Assembly (NCBI RefSeq): GCF_006345805.1
Contig: NC_042999.1
Location: 55,800,001 to 55,864,000 of the forward strand
DNA length: 64,000 nucleotides
Direction of reading: 5' to 3'
Source of the DNA: Octopus sinensis
Lineage: Eukaryota
The translations under genes and the position numbers were made by a program. A model generated the notes under the pieces. That model was not told the DNA's origin. It saw nothing but the letters and a program-made list of their open reading frames with translations, and did no database searches. Shown here piece by piece: positions 11,723-24,570 of the stretch; position 1 is the first letter of the stretch, and each line of letters opens with the position of its first letter.

Positions 11723-11768
11723 AATAGTTACTTCGAAGTTTCGGTCTCATAGCCTTCGTCGGACTGTA
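11723..11768 (-). ncRNA. Minimal type-I hammerhead ribozyme-like motif (PLE type), U4C variant
   Basis: Minus strand reads AGT-CCGACGA-AGGCTATGAGACC-GAAAC-TTCGAA-GTA-ACT. Stem I is AGT/ACT, stem II GG/CC, stem III the perfect palindrome ACTTCGAAGT, and the cleavage triplet GUA. Confidence 0.6.
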
Positions 11769-12998
11769 AATTACGTCAGTTTTCTAAGCTTTATGTATAG
11801 TTATTTGGTGGTCATCTTGTGGGAGGAGCATAGTAGTTGCAGAATAGATGCGGTGTAATAGTGTGTTTTTGTAGTATATAAAGAAATATGTTTATGGATC
11901 TTTTAGATGGGTAAACAAAAATGAATTTGCAGTCGCAAACCCTTTTGTAGAGCAAAGGAAAATAAAGGAGAAGAGAAACAAAGCAAACGGCTATAAGGAA
12001 GGAAGGAATGCTAAATACATTTTTCTGATTTGACAAAGTTATGTTAAAATTATTTGGATGGCTAGAGATTATTGATTGTTTGTATATTATTGTACTTTTG
12101 TTTGAGTATGTGTGTGTAAAGGCGTGTATGTAGATACAGAGCTGAAAGTTAGATTTCTGTCAGAGTACAGGTCAGAGATACTAGTAGTATGGGGGCATGC
12201 GGAATAACAGAGCGTCGCTGCATCTACTATTTATGGGTGATTCCCTACTCCTGACAGATGTCAACTTTGCACCACTCAGACAACCCTCCCACCCATGGGT
12301 CTGTTTTGGTAAGGATTTTACAACGTCGGAGTGCAAATCCTACCTGTCTTTTAGTCGCCTTTTATGACACGCAGAGGAAACGTTGGGTCTAGTCTCTGAC
12401 ATGGCACTCCCCACACAGCACTGGAGTCTTTGACATGCCGATCCCACACAGCACTGGAACAACTGGTTATATTTAAAATTGGAAATAAATGGACTGGTTT
12501 TGACTTATGCTAGGGTTAATTCAAGCATGTGTGTAGATGCAGGGGTGACAGGATACACTTTTATAGGAACACAGGTCAGAGATAAGCGAAAATCAGTGGT
12601 TTGTGTTAAAGAGTAGCCTTTAAACATATCTGTGCTGATAACTTTTGTAGGCCTTCCGAGACAGACACAGTCTTATTCCGAATTTCAAAACTCGAAACTA
12701 TTGAGCATATTCGTCCTGCTAGATCAGCTGATACATTTGCTTTTGTGAATTTTGGGCAGAATGAAATGTTTAGTAAGCATGGTTTTGAATCTATCAGTTT
12801 GTTGTGAATCTTAGTTTCAATCTGTGTATGGTGAGGTGACAGGTGACAATTAAGATATCCCGGAAATGTAGATGATTGTGACTGCATTCCATTGTTATAT
12901 GTATAAAGTTGGTCAAAATGTTACCTATTTTGTAATAGGTATTTATGGAAGTTAATGCCAAATGTTAGCTTATATTGTTCATATATTTTATATTTATG

Positions 12999-13067
<69 letters not shown>

Positions 13068-13069
13068 GT

Positions 13070-13200
13070 TCAGATTTACAGAAAACGAAAGACAAAGACA
13101 GGTGTAGGAAAAACAAGCAGGTGTATTAGTTTAGCGCTCGGGAAAAATAGAAAAGTCTTTTACGTTTCGAACCAACGCTCTTCGACAGAAAGGAATGAGA
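13070..13200 (-). mobile_element. PLE-like terminal fragment with a hammerhead-like motif
   Basis: Minus strand reads TTTCTGTCGAAGAGCGTTGGTTCGAAACGTAAAAGA followed by a tail that recurs at ~29570-29640, ~34045-34095 and ~49290-49420. Confidence 0.55.
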
Positions 13201-13644
13201 GGTCAAAAAGGAGAGAGAATGAAAAAAAACGAGAGAGAGAGAGAGAGTGAGATAGAAAGACTGTAGAGTTCAGCGGTCCAACATGGCGTATAAAAATATA
13301 AGATATAAAGATACCAAAAGCTAATCTTTAAACCCAAGTTAACATGGTTGTCTTCTTAGAAAACCGAATACTGCGTCATCAGAGACAAAGCGTATGTGCA
13401 GTGACCTAAACCCTTTCCTATACTCTCTCTCTACCCCTCTTTTAATATAATTCCGTAAGGCGAGAAGGACTGCGCCCATGACCCTTTACAGGACATCTAG
13501 GATTATTAGAAGGATGGACGGTATGAACGCATGTTCAAACTGAAGACCAAGTCCGTATGCTTGCAACAGAGTGGACTCCAGTAAAGATATCCAAGTTGTC
13601 AGGTTTAATATTTCTCAACAAATTGGTCTCAACATTTCCCTACA

Positions 13645-14135
13645 AACAAAGACGGAGTGCTGGCAGAATCGTTTGCACGCCGGACAAAATGCTTAGTGGC
13701 ATTTCGTCCGTCTTTACGTTCTGAGTTCAAATTCTGCTGAAATCACCTTTGCCTTTCATCCTTTAGGGGTCGATAAGATAAGTACAAGCTGTGTACTGGG
13801 GCCGATGTAATCGATTATCCCACTCCCCCGAAATTTCTGGCCTTGTGCCAAAAATTTATAATATTTCATTACAAACTAAGGTGGCAATGCTTAGCGGCAT
13901 TTCGTCCGTCTTTACGTTCTGAGTTCAAATCCTTTAGGGGTCGATAAGATAAGTACAAGCTGTGTACTGCTTAGCGGCATTTCGTCCGTCTCTTGGTTCT
14001 GAGTTCAAATTCCGCCGAGGTTATCTTTACCTTTTTTCCTTGATAAAAAAGAAAAAATACTAGTTATACACGGGTCGACGTAATCGACTTAACACCTTCC
14101 CGAAATTGCTAGCCTTGTGCCAAAATTTGAAATCT
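13645..14135 (+). mobile_element. Cluster of three overlapping or tandem family B (MetaSINE-like) fragments
   Basis: (A)TGCTTAG(T/C)GGCATTTCGTCCGTCT starts at ~13689, ~13888 and ~13968. CCTTTAGGGGTCGATAAGATAAGTACAAGCTGTGTACTG occurs twice, identically. Confidence 0.8.
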
Positions 14136-14829
14136 ATTTTCACAAGAAACCTGTCTTAATGTTTCGCTATAAATTAATCTATATATTTCAACTTTACTCT
14201 CAGCCTCTTTTCATAACTAGATTGGAGGATTTTTGAATCGTGCCCGGAAGAAAGTAAAACAAGAAGGGGATTCGAACACAAAACTTTTCACTCGATTGCC
14301 TGATTAACTTGTCACTTATCCACTTGGCCATAATGAGTTCTTTATAGTTTATATGAAAAGAATTGAATATATTCAACTCAGTTTGAAGTTAAATTGAGTC
14401 GATAATTGCTCGACAAGCAGTGAGTGGTGTGAATCCAACCTAATATAGTGTCAATGTAATACCTACTGTTGCCAGTTTGTCGTTCGTTTCATACAAACGC
14501 GATAAAATGTTCAAGACTCATTTCCTAGAACAACTAGGGCGCTTATTCAGTGATGCGACTTGGGGTAACATCTGACCCCCTCACTCAGGGCAACCTAGCC
14601 AAGGTTGATCAAAGCTCGTTTTGAGCCCCAGCGGCATCAGTCCATAGATCGGCTGATAGCTTTGTCTGCAGCTCCACTTGCAAACTGAGTGGTTCGTATC
14701 TTTTCCGCTTTTGTAAAGGCCAATCGGTTGAAGACTTTGCAGATTAAAATATATTAGGATTCAGTTTTTTTTTTAAGAAGAAAAAAAATGAACGACAACT
14801 GATTAAGAAAATAATAAACTTGATAATTA

Positions 14830-16064
14830 TTGGGTTGGCAAGAAAGTAATTTCGGTTTTTTAGTGTAAAATAAGTCCTTTTTTTTCACACAAAGAATGAG
14901 CTTTAATCAATATATTTTCCATTTTGTTCGATGACCTTTTTCCATCTTTCTGGCAACTTCATGATTCCGCGCTTATAGAATTCCTGGTCCTTATCAGCCA
15001 AAAACTGAAGCAAGTGCGATTTCAGGTCATCATCATTATTGAAAGTTTTACCATTCAAAGAATTTTGCAAACTTCGAAATAAATTGTAATGTAATGGTGC
15101 AAGGTCAGGACTATATGGTGGACGTGACATCACTTCCCAACCAAACTCCAATAATTTTTCACGAGTTAGCAAAAAATGGTAGAACACGATTCCTTTACGA
15201 TTTACAAAATTCTGACCGTTTTTCTTGGATTGCTTCCTCCAGTTTCATTAGTTGTTCACAGTAAACATCTGAATTGATCGTTTGGTTCCTTGGAAGCGGC
15301 TCAAAATACACAACACCTTTGTAATCCCACCAAATTGACAGCATGACCTTTATTTATGCAATTCAGCTTTCGATGTCGTTTGTGCTGGTTCATAACGCTT
15401 GAACCATGATTGTTTTCGATTGATGTTATTGTAGACAATCCATTTTTCGTCACTGGTGATGATTCGTTTCCAAAAAAAAGGTCGATTTCATTGCGTTTGA
15501 GATGCATATCGCAAATATTGATTCGTTGTGCAAAGTGAATCCCTTTCAATTTATGTGGAACCCAAATGTTGAGCTTCTTAACGAGTCCAAGACATTTTAA
15601 GTGATTTTCAATTGTTGTATATGATACATTTAACCTCTCTGGAATCTCTCGCACAGTTATATGACAATCAAATTCAATTACGGCTTTGATTCGGTTATAT
15701 TCAACTTCAGTAGGTCGATTAAAACGTTGGTCATCTCCAGAAAGGAATGTTTTTTACACCATTTCTGACATGTGCGTTCTGTTAAGCAATCAACACCATA
15801 AACTTCACATATTATTTTGTGAGCCTCAGCAGCTTTCTTGCCTTTGCGGAGATTAAAAAAGCAAAATATGGCAAAAATGTTCGTTTTTGCACTCCATGTT
15901 AAAATTGATACTGAACGAACAGCTGTAAACAAAATTAAGTGCAATTTGCTTCTAAGAGTAACGGTTATAAAATGTCAAAAGGAAAAAATCAGAACATTGA
16001 CAGTCATTTAAAAAAAAAATCGTAACTATTTGCGAAAAACGAAATTACTTTCTTGCCAACCTAA
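14830..16064 (-). mobile_element. Mariner transposon, near full length (1235 bp), frameshifted transposase
   Basis: TIRs TTGGGTTGGCAAGAAAGTAATTTCG / CGAAATTACTTTCTTGCCAACCTAA, with TA on both sides. Peptides: GKKAAEAHKIICEVYG (HTH), WVPHKL and PPYSPDLAP (ORFs 15678-15944, 15301-15654, 14903-15187). Confidence 0.95.
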
Positions 16065-16263
16065 TAGTTTAGTTCAAGATGAAATATTGTTCACGCTAAT
16101 TCACATGTCACTTTCATATTTTCATGTACGATCTTGAGTAATTTGAAAGTTAATAAGAAAATATTTGTCTGTGAAATCTTTCGCCTGAACCATAACCGCT
16201 GATTCCAGTTTTCAATATGAAATTTTCTTCGTATATGTATATGTATGTATGTATATATATATG

Positions 16264-16297
<34 letters not shown>

Positions 16298-16315
16298 TGT
16301 ATGTATGTATGTATA

Positions 16316-18150
16316 CTAGCTGAAATACCCGACGTTGCTTGGGTTAAAGAGAATAAGGAAATTTTAAAACGCCGTCTAGATTACGCAGATCTCAACTGCT
16401 AGTAGCTGAGATACCGACTTTCTACATTAATAATTCTCCGACCCATGCCAGAATGGAATATAGACATTAACTGAAATGTTAAAGGAAACTCTTCAACACA
16501 TATATGTATATAAATACTCGTAATTCAAGAACACGTTTTGTGTAGCTTATTTCGTAACCAAAAAACAGGTACAGATTATAAACAATGAAGGGCCAATTTT
16601 GGTGATCCATTTGACAGAGGTAGTAGAGAGTCAATCCGATAATAAATCTGTCGTTGGATCTTGAAAGTTTGCATTCAATCTCCTGTGAATCCAAATGATG
16701 TCATCTGTAGTGCATCGTTGTATTGTCTAATTTTGTTTTGGAATTGCTTGGAATCTTAGTCAGTTGATGACAACAGTTTCTTCAATGCATCTAGAGGTTG
16801 GGGGATTGCAGGGAGTTTAACCCTTCCACCACTGCAGCACAGTGCAGGTGTCTCTCCAGGTCACTCCCTGGCCTTACAATGTATGCCCTCAGATGTCATT
16901 GCACCAATGGAAACTCTAGTGTCATCTGTACAATGAACTGCTGGATCATAATTGAAAGCTGCTTCATAGAAGTTGCTTATCTGAGCTGTTGCAACTACTC
17001 TTCGTTCTGCAGTGGAGATACTATTACTTGTCAGCCGTGCATACCTCTATTCATCACTTTGAGATGCTCTGGCTTTTGTAGTGCAGAGTCTGTTCGTTTC
17101 TTGGTATGATTCCCTTTCTGCATCTGTCACTCTTTCGCCGGACAGAAACATTCTTTTGGCTGACCTTCACATTGTAGACAAATTTGACACTTTCCTTCTA
17201 GGCATGGTTATACACGCATACAGAAATACATGGATGCGGAAGATAGTAAACAATGAAAATAACTGGGTAACGGAAATTATATTTCTTAATACGATGGGCA
17301 GAAAATAAATAAGAAATTTTACAGAAAATAAAGAATTGTATGGGTTGAAGCAAAATTTGTCCAGTATGGAAAGAACTAGCAAAAAGCCGTTAACAACAGA
17401 AAAACACAAAACCATTGCAAAAGTAAATGAGAATTTTTTAGGGAAATTAACTAAGTGTACAGATTTAAGTGAAATTTTTTATGTTACTTTTGTCAGTAAA
17501 TTATGTATAAAATTATTTATGTATAAACTTCTTTCTGTCTGTAATTTGTCGTTGTTGTTTGTAAATAGCGATTGAAAACTTACAGTGAAAACAATAGCGT
17601 CTGAAAAATGAAAGTGAAAACAATAGAGAGTGAGATATAATGAGGGGAGAGAGAGAGAAAGAGAGCTAGCTACTTAAACAAATAAGATATAGATACATAG
17701 ATAAGATATAAACAGCTAGATATAGAGAGACAAATAGATATAGAGATGGATAGAGATATATATAGAGAGAGAGATAAAGAGATAGAGAAAGATAGAAAGA
17801 GATGGATAGAGAAATATAGATGTCACTGAGGCTAGAAAACTGGAAGTAAATATTTTTTTTAACTTTCAAAGGCGTGAATCTAATATAAAAAGCAATATTT
17901 TCTATGACCAATGGATGTAAGGGAGACAATCAATTTCTGAAAGTTACTTCGCAAAGTGTTACCTTTCTTGTCTACGTAACCCAGGAACGGGTGTTTTCTG
18001 CCTCCAGGGAGCCCGTTACTCATTATGTGAAAATTTTTAAGAGTCTAAAACCATCCCTGGAACATAAGTGATGTATGTTTTCAGTTTGGAGAAAATCAGT
18101 TGAAAAATACTACCGTTATAATCTTTTACACACATAGACAGAACGGGATT
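16316..18150 (-). mobile_element. Non-autonomous Helitron (~1.85 kb), copy 1, retaining a RepHel N-terminal fragment
   Basis: The 3' CTAG|T lies at 16316, with subterminal hairpin ACCCGA-CGTTGC-TTGGGT. The minus strand at ~16600-17150 translates (with stops) AAFNYDP...GETPALCCSGGRVKLPAIP...KIRQYNDALQMTSFG...FKIQRQIYYRIDSLLP, the RepHel N-terminus. It is collinear with 42963-44855. Confidence 0.9.
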
Positions 18151-18324
18151 CATATTATATATATATACATGCATATTCCACACACGGTTTTCTTTCATTT
18201 TTGTATTATTTTTGTCTTCTTGCATCTTTATTCTTTTTTCTTTTTTTTGCTTTCGTTTTTGTAAAAAAAATTTGCATTACTATTATTATTTTACATTATT
18301 ATTATTATTTCGACATCGCTTTGA

Positions 18325-18660
18325 AATAACGTGTTTTAAGGTTTAGCGTCATTGCGCAACATCTAAGATAATGGTCTTCTACTATAGCCCCAGGCCGACC
18401 AAAGATTTGTGAATGAATATACTTGACGGAAACTGCGCGGATGTCCATTGTATATGAGGGCGCGCGTGTGTGTGTGTATTTGACAACTAGTGTCGATTTA
18501 TTTACGTCCCCGTGACTTTGCAGATCGGCAAAAGGAATCAATAGAATAAGTACTAGACTTTAAAAAAGAAGTACATCGGTCGATTTCTTCGACTAAACAT
18601 TCAAGAGGGTGGCCCCAGCATGGCTGCAGTCCAATGATTGAAACAAGTAAAGGATAAAAG
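18325..18660 (+). mobile_element. SINE family A, diverged
   Basis: TCTTCTACTATAGCCCCAGGCCGACCAAAG...GACGGAAACTG, then the tail ATAGAATAAGTACTAG...CAGCATGGCTGCAGTC...GAAACAAGTAAA. Confidence 0.8.
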
Positions 18661-19339
18661 ATTCTTCGAGGGATTGTATCAGGTTATGAGTTTAGATATC
18701 CTTAAAGTTTTATTTGATAAATAAATCATGTCGAATTATTTTATGTTTAAGTTATCATTGTTTAAATAACGTACCAGTATATTTAAAATCACATGTTTTT
18801 TTGGCATGCGGGGGCCCGAAGAAAGAAATTGTACCTATTGCATTCACAGACCTTCCAGGAAACGGCAAGATCGATGTCATCAATATTCTGCTCAAACTGA
18901 TTCGAGCTAATTGAAATCACTATGAATAATACAGCAACTTCGACGCGTTTCTGTTTTCTTTATACGTTTGTTTAGATTTAATATATATACAAAAACATAA
19001 CGTTTTTGGATTGGCAAACATACAAATATAACATGTGTATTTGAATGTATGTATTGTGCTATGTGTATTAGCTTGTTCCATTCATAAATCTAGTTTTCTG
19101 TTGGCGGAAAAATAGCAGGACAATTATTTTTTTTGAGATATTAAACCATTTTCTTTCGTATATTAATTTCCTTGATTGAAACTATATTTAATATATTCGT
19201 CTTGTTATTTTCTACTCAGTTTCTTTTTCTTCTTTCCCTCTTCTAACTCTTTTCTTTTATCTTCATTACCTGTTTCAAGATCAAATATACTGCTGTTGGC
19301 TTGCTAGTCAATCATACGGATAATACGGCAATTATCAAG

Positions 19340-19436
<97 letters not shown>

Positions 19437-19475
19437 GGGAGAGAGAAAGAGAGAGACGTTGATACACACATATAT

Positions 19476-20264
19476 TCTAGACTACCCGTGACCTGCTGGG
19501 TCACCGGAAAGTCTAAGTTACCCTGCGAAAAAGTTTTGTTTCGTGGATTATTTTCTTTTCCAGGTTATTTTGCATGCTTTCAACGAATGTGACATCGAAA
19601 TAACGCGTAAACGGCTCCTTTCCCCAGAAAAGGAAAGATTTGGCTGCAATTTTTTGCACGTCCTGCTATCATGTAACAGGTATTTCGGGTCCTTTATCGC
19701 AAATAGCTGTTACGTGGTAGCGGGGTATGCTAGAAAAAGCAGCCAAATCTTTGGTGGTGAGATACGTTGAATGTACTCGAAAAAAACCTATGGAAAAAAA
19801 TTATTTCACCCTGAGGTTACGAACAGGTCATTTTCATTTTTAAATATGCCAAAAATTTTTTTGTAATGATATTCACCAGAAAATAATTTTTAAAAAAATT
19901 AAAATATTGTCTGTTTATAAAAGCTATAATATAAATACTTACTGTACAAACAATTTACGTTTTTGAAATCACATTCACTTAAAAATATTTCTAAATGATT
20001 AAAATATTGCATTTAGCAAAAGCGAAAATATAAACATTTACTCCAAAAAACAAATCGTATTTTTTGGTTGTTATACCCCCCCCCCCCCGAAAACCCCTAA
20101 TATCTCCACAACCACTTGTTCGATTTACACAAAATTTGTTTCATTCCGTTCGTATTTACATTTCAGGGAAGGCGCAATTCAAAGTATTTTCCCATTGTGC
20201 ACCAGTTTCGCTGGATAACATTGCAAGCAAGATTTACTGATTTAAACTGACTTTTAATGATAGA
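19476..20264 (-). mobile_element. Probable non-autonomous Helitron/Helentron-type element
   Basis: The left end has CTAG plus hairpin GTGACC-TGCTG-GGTCAC. The right end reads ATCTATCATTAAAAG on the minus strand (5' TC-type end). There is no coding sequence. Confidence 0.55.
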
Positions 20265-20302
20265 TACATACACATACTATACACACATAAACACACACAC
20301 CT

Positions 20303-20444
<142 letters not shown>

Positions 20445-20448
20445 AAGA

Positions 20449-20592
20449 TTTTTTGTGTAATGAGATAAAAAAAACCAAGGCTGTATAGAAATTAGAGCAT
20501 TTATAGATAGAAGGTCTTACAGCTGTTTCTAGGATATTAATTAAGACCTTCTATCTATAAAGCCTTGGTTTTTTATCTCATTACGCAAAAAA
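20449..20592. repeat. Nested inverted repeat around a half-hammerhead (minus-strand GAAACAGCTGTA at 20518-20529)
   Basis: Inner arms TTTATAGATAGAAGGTCTTA / TAAGACCTTCTATCTATAAA pair perfectly over 20 bp. Outer arms are ~20449-20482 and ~20561-20592. Confidence 0.8.
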
Positions 20593-20732
20593 AATTTTAT
20601 ATACACATGCTGACATAGAACCAACGTTGAACCTTTTATTCGCAATATTACCGAATCTGGACCCTATGGTCTGTCTATAGCACTTATTCAGCATTACCTG
20701 ACACCATTACCTCTTATAACCTCAACTTCTCG

Positions 20733-20769
<37 letters not shown>

Positions 20770-21159
20770 TATATACATACAAAAAATATAAATCTACTAT
20801 GTTTGTATTTACGTACATATTCCTGACTCTATAAGTGCTATAAGTATATCAGCCAGACCAAGTGAATCCCACCACAGAAACTGTGACCCCTCACCAAGTG
20901 GAGTCATATCACTAGCCACTTTTAGGCACTGTCTTTATTAATATACATTTAATTTGCTATGTGAGCGTATGTGCGCCAAGCCACGCGTGTGCGTATGCTT
21001 ATATCTTCGTGTAAGATTGTACGTGCGAGTGGACATATATATATGTATGTATGTATATATATATACATACATATGTATGTGTGTATAGTGTATATATATA
21101 TATATACACATATATACATACACACACACACAACACACACATATATGTATATATATAGG

Positions 21160-21510
21160 TAGGTGCAGGCACAGCTGTGTGGTAATAAGCTTGCTTCCCA
21201 ACTGCATGGATCTGGGTTCAGTCCCACTGCATAGCACCTTGGGCAAGACCTTGTGAGTGAATTTAGTAGACGGAAACTGAAAGAAGCCTGTCATGTGTGT
21301 TTGTGTGTGTGTGTTTGTGTGTGTGTGTCTATGTCTGGGTTTGTCCCCCTGCCATCGCTTGACAACTGATGTCCCTATAACTTAGCAGTTCAGCAATAGA
21401 AACCAATAAAATAAGTACCACGTTTAAGAAGAATAAGTCCTGGATCCAATTTCTTCAACTAAAACTTTTTAAGATGGTGCCCCAGCATAGCTGCAGTCAA
21501 ATAATTGAAA
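21160..21510 (+). mobile_element. SINE family A, CpG-decayed
   Basis: Family A head and tail with many CG>TG/CA changes. Confidence 0.85.
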
Positions 21511-21565
21511 GAATAAAAGAATATATATAGATATGTATATATGTATATAAAAATATATATACATA

Positions 21566-21617
<52 letters not shown>

Positions 21618-21852
21618 AAGAAAGAAAGAGATAGAGAAAGAAAGAAAGAGATAGAGGAAGAAAGAAAGAAAGAAAGAGAGAGAGAAAGAAAGAGAGAGAA
21701 AAAGAGAAAGTGATACATACATACATACATATTATATATGCTTTTATGTGTGTGTGTATATATATGTGTGTGTGTGTGTGATGGATTAGCTGTTCAAAAC
21801 TTTGAAGCCACTGTCAATACTATTCTTTAACAATACTATTCTTTAATACTAA

Positions 21853-21900
21853 GTAAGAGTACAATACTATTCTTTAACAAGAATAGTATTGTACTCTTAC
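21853..21900. repeat. Perfect 22-bp hairpin with 4-nt loop, preceded by short direct repeats
   Basis: GTAAGAGTACAATACTATTCTT-TAAC-AAGAATAGTATTGTACTCTTAC. CAATACTATTCTTTAA occurs three times between ~21813 and 21877. Confidence 0.95.
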
Positions 21901-22227
21901 CAAATGAATTGAATAATCCTTCAAGTTAATGTAAAATTGCTTTTATCATAATATTAAAACAAACATTAATATGTGTATGTGCGTGTGTGTGTGTGTGTGC
22001 TCGTGCGCGCGTGCACGTATAAGGCCCATTGCCAGACTTTGGTGCTCAGGGGTGCTTCAAAATTTTCTGGGTGAGCACTTATTCGTAATAATGCTGATGT
22101 GAAGTTTCAAAATAAGTGTATCACTGTAAATCAGAAGGTGTACCATTTAATAGTGAGAGGGCAGTGCCATCCAGTGCATCCCTTAGCAACCGGCATGCAT
22201 ACATACATACACGCACACACATATACA

Positions 22228-22238
22228 GATAGATAGAC

Positions 22239-22318
<80 letters not shown>

Positions 22319-22335
22319 TGATAGGTAGATAGATA
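22228..22335. repeat. (GATA)n microsatellite
   Basis: Direct reading of the sequence. Confidence 0.95.
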
Positions 22336-23867
22336 AGCAATGTCCTTTCCTGTCAACACTGGAAGAGCATCAGAACAGTGCAGCAAAGTTCATAGAAGTT
22401 TTAACCATATAAGTACAATATGCGTCTATTTGGATGGCTGATACTGTATTGATATGTGTCTCTAAGCACTTCCTCTAGTGTTTCTTGCTGCTATCCAACT
22501 TCAACCAACCTCTGCGACCCACAAAATCACCTTACACCCCTTTACATCTTACTCCCAATGATACTGAAATGCCCTAACCATTACCTGACAGCGATCCCTG
22601 CAAAGCTTTGCATCTTTTCTCAGCATTCATGGCCCTTCCATCTATCCCTGTGGTTCTCAACCATTTTTTACCCATGGAATCCTTTGATTACTATTTTACT
22701 CTGGTGAATCCCCATAGCTATTCTTTGTTTTACAGTTACTTCTTTCAAAGTTCCATTTTTTTTTCCACCCTCCACTCGTTCACTTCTGTAGGTTTACATA
22801 GGCCACTCTCTAAGGGAACATGTTTCAGTGCCTGGAAACATGTTGAACTTTATAAAACGTTAGAAAGAAACCTAATTGTTTCTTGCAATACACAAATACG
22901 TCTAATACAAAATCATTTCATGGACCCTTACAATACTACTTTAGACTGGTCTGCATCCAGGGGTTCAGCAGGTTAAGATGGCTGTGGTAACTAGCAAGCT
23001 GTAGGTTATACATAAGAGTGGCCTTCTTCTAGGTGAATTGCCCTGCAGATTTGGACAACTCCACCTACCCTGTGGTTGCCATAAGGGTGTTAAAGAGGGT
23101 GCTGGATTGCCTGAAGGTCTCCATTACTTAATTTACTGTTGGGATTGACTTCCCTAGGCTTTTCTTTTCCCAAGGCTCTCACAAGGCAGTGAGGACTTGT
23201 GCTTGGAATTTCTGCCATAACATGCTAGTCAACCTATAGTTCAGACCCTGGCAGGTAGTACTACTCTGGGTCAGAGTAGAACTGGGAATAATTGAAACTA
23301 AGGAATAGTTTCACACTCTTCAAAACCCTGGAACTCGCTAACCAGAGTTCCACCAATGGATGTAGTTTAAAGTCATGTACACAGGAGTAGAACATATTTA
23401 TGGCATAGGTAATTTGCATAAATCAAACAAAAATTTTCTAAGGGAAATTACTCAGTGCCCTGTGGTATGTATATGAACAGCATAGACAAATACTGGTGCA
23501 TCAAATACCATACAACATAAATTCTTCATTTATTAAAATTGTCTCCAATTCAAAATTATGTGTCACAATTACCACATGGTAGTTGAGATAATCTCAAAAC
23601 TCAAGGATCTTTCAAAGCTGACATGTCAATAGCTGTTAAGTAAAATTAAAAGACCCAGTCAATATAAATTCTGTAATTCCCTCAGTATTCAAATCCCACT
23701 CAGTAAATGTTCCATCGTTGTTCCTAAACTTCTTTCGGGTCAATAACCCTCATTTAACATTTGTACATGCTTGTGCACACATGCATACATACATACATTA
23801 TATACATAACTGAAACTCCTTTAAGTATTTAGGTATAAGAATAGTAGTCTATAAACAGAACACTCAC

Positions 23868-23903
23868 CTATGACTTCAATATTGACTGGGATTTCCTTGA
23901 GGG
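23868..23903 (-). CDS. Candidate 36-nt exon (xLKEIPVNIEVI) of an unidentified gene
   Basis: Strong donor AG|GTGAGT and a weak TAG acceptor; phase 1-1 open. No homology was recognised and it could be chance. Confidence 0.25.
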   Translation of the reverse strand, partial: PSRKSQSILKS

Positions 23904-24351
23904 CTATACCACATATAAATGATAGAGATCAAACAAAAATGGACAGATTAGTTGAACAGATACTTTAATGAAATTAATGAATCAATGAAACAAAGATTAG
24001 TGCCCAACATGATTCATCCTACAATGGATTATATATACAGGTTGACATTAAGTATTATACAAAATTATTAACATTTTAGTAAAATTTAAAATCATTTAAA
24101 AACATCAAACAATATTATGCTGTACCACACAGTCATGTATTATTTATTTCATAAATATAATGCCAAATTTCCAGACACTAACAGTCCAAGACCTCCCATA
24201 ATCTGCAAAAGCTTCAAATTTCCATGGCTAACAGACTTGATAGTTTACACAGACCTGTACCTTGTACAGTACAGTCTTAATAAACTTGTACCATTCATAG
24301 TAATGTACAAGTACCTGTATTTTATTTAATTATTTAAATATTTATTTAATT

Positions 24352-24570
24352 TAAAGTGGCAAGCTGGTAGAATCATTAGCCCATTGGTCAAAATGCTTAG
24401 TAGCATGTCATCTGTCCTTAAGTTCTGAGTTCAAATTCCACCAAGGTCAACTTTGCCTTTCATTCTTTCAAGGTTGATAAAATAAGTACCAGTTGAGCAC
24501 TGGTGCCAATGTAAGTGACTTACACTCTCCCCCAAACTTGCTGGCCTCGTGGCAAAATTTGAAACCAATA
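24352..24570 (+). mobile_element. SINE family B (MetaSINE-like), CpG-decayed
   Basis: GGCAAGCTGGTAGAATCATTAGC...TTCTGAGTTCAAATTCCACCAAGGTCAACTTTGCCTTTCAT...GATAAAATAAGTACCAG. Confidence 0.85.

Noticed and set aside
14600-14740. Terminal exon on the minus strand (also 18830-18895)
   Set aside because: Two or three frames are equally open, no homology was recognised, and there is no consistent linkage to the other candidates.
19095-19115. E2F-like site (TTGGCGGAAAA) marking a promoter
   Set aside because: A single short motif with no supporting TSS evidence.
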